Assembly: GCF_964194025.1 (NCBI RefSeq)
Contig: NC_134469.1
Location: 82,274,001-82,338,000 of the forward strand
DNA length: 64,000 nt
DNA from: Convolutriloba macropyga
Lineage: Eukaryota
Direction of reading: 5' to 3'
Part shown: positions 63,501-64,000 of the stretch, piece after piece
Layout of the letters: the number at the start of each line of letters is the position of its first letter
How positions within the stretch are numbered: the stretch's first letter is position 1
Made by a program: the position numbers and the translations under genes
Notes under the pieces: generated by a model
What the model saw: the letters and a program-made list of their open reading frames with translations, nothing else
Database searches by the model: none
Told to the model about the DNA's origin: nothing

Positions 63501-64000
63501 TTGTTGAATATTATATACAAATTTGAATACACGATCGCAAATTAAGGCCTCTGGTGGTTCATGAAATATGAATAAACGAAACTTGAGCCCCATTTTGGTG
63601 GTTTTTATTGTTTGGATGACCAAGACGCACCCGAAGCATTTTCACGATGATTTTTTTCAATCATTTAATGGCTTTTGTTTTTTAAATGGAGATGCAGCAA
63701 ACGATATTGATCTGCGAAAACTTAAACTTGATTTCCAAATTGTTATAGTTGAATTTAATTTAGCATAGAAAAAACAACTACAAATTTGAATTTATTGTTA
63801 AGAGAATGCAAGTGTTGTATCTTGCTATTTTGACTTGAAGAGAGAATCTATTTCATTCAAAATTTTAATCTCCTTGGAAATTACGCAAAGAGTATCTCTC
63901 TATAGAGCAATAATCATTTCATCTTTTTTAGATGAAAGCAAAACGGCAAAACGTTGCAAAACTCTTCATGTTTGAAAGGAAAACTTTGCACTAGATGTTG

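Overview
AT-rich eukaryotic DNA, probably from an invertebrate animal (inferred from the transposon repertoire), made almost entirely of transposable elements and tandem duplications. I could not recognise any host protein-coding gene, rRNA or functional tRNA. Layout: (1) 1-6040: two young, 5'-truncated CRE-clade non-LTR retrotransposons (RT + CCHC + restriction-like endonuclease) in divergent orientation; one keeps a ~910-codon open frame, and its empty insertion site is preserved in a duplicate at ~11700. (2) 6514-27783: ten copies of a ~2-kb macrosatellite. Each unit carries a foldback MITE with a tRNA-type A/B-box core plus one end of a Helentron/HINE-like element, whose longest copy continues from the last unit to ~29215. 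(3) 33723-48442: an old, decayed Gypsy-type LTR element on the minus strand with gag, PR-RT-RH-IN, extra ORFs (one antisense) and an env resembling a class I (F-type) fusion protein. (4) 44933-60979: an ~8-kb tandem duplication containing the 5' half of that element, CRE-tail fragments and decayed Penelope-like elements, one with a PHD-like zinc finger inside its RT domain. (5) Further CRE and GIY-YIG remnants near the right end. All family calls come from motif recognition by eye; no database search was run.
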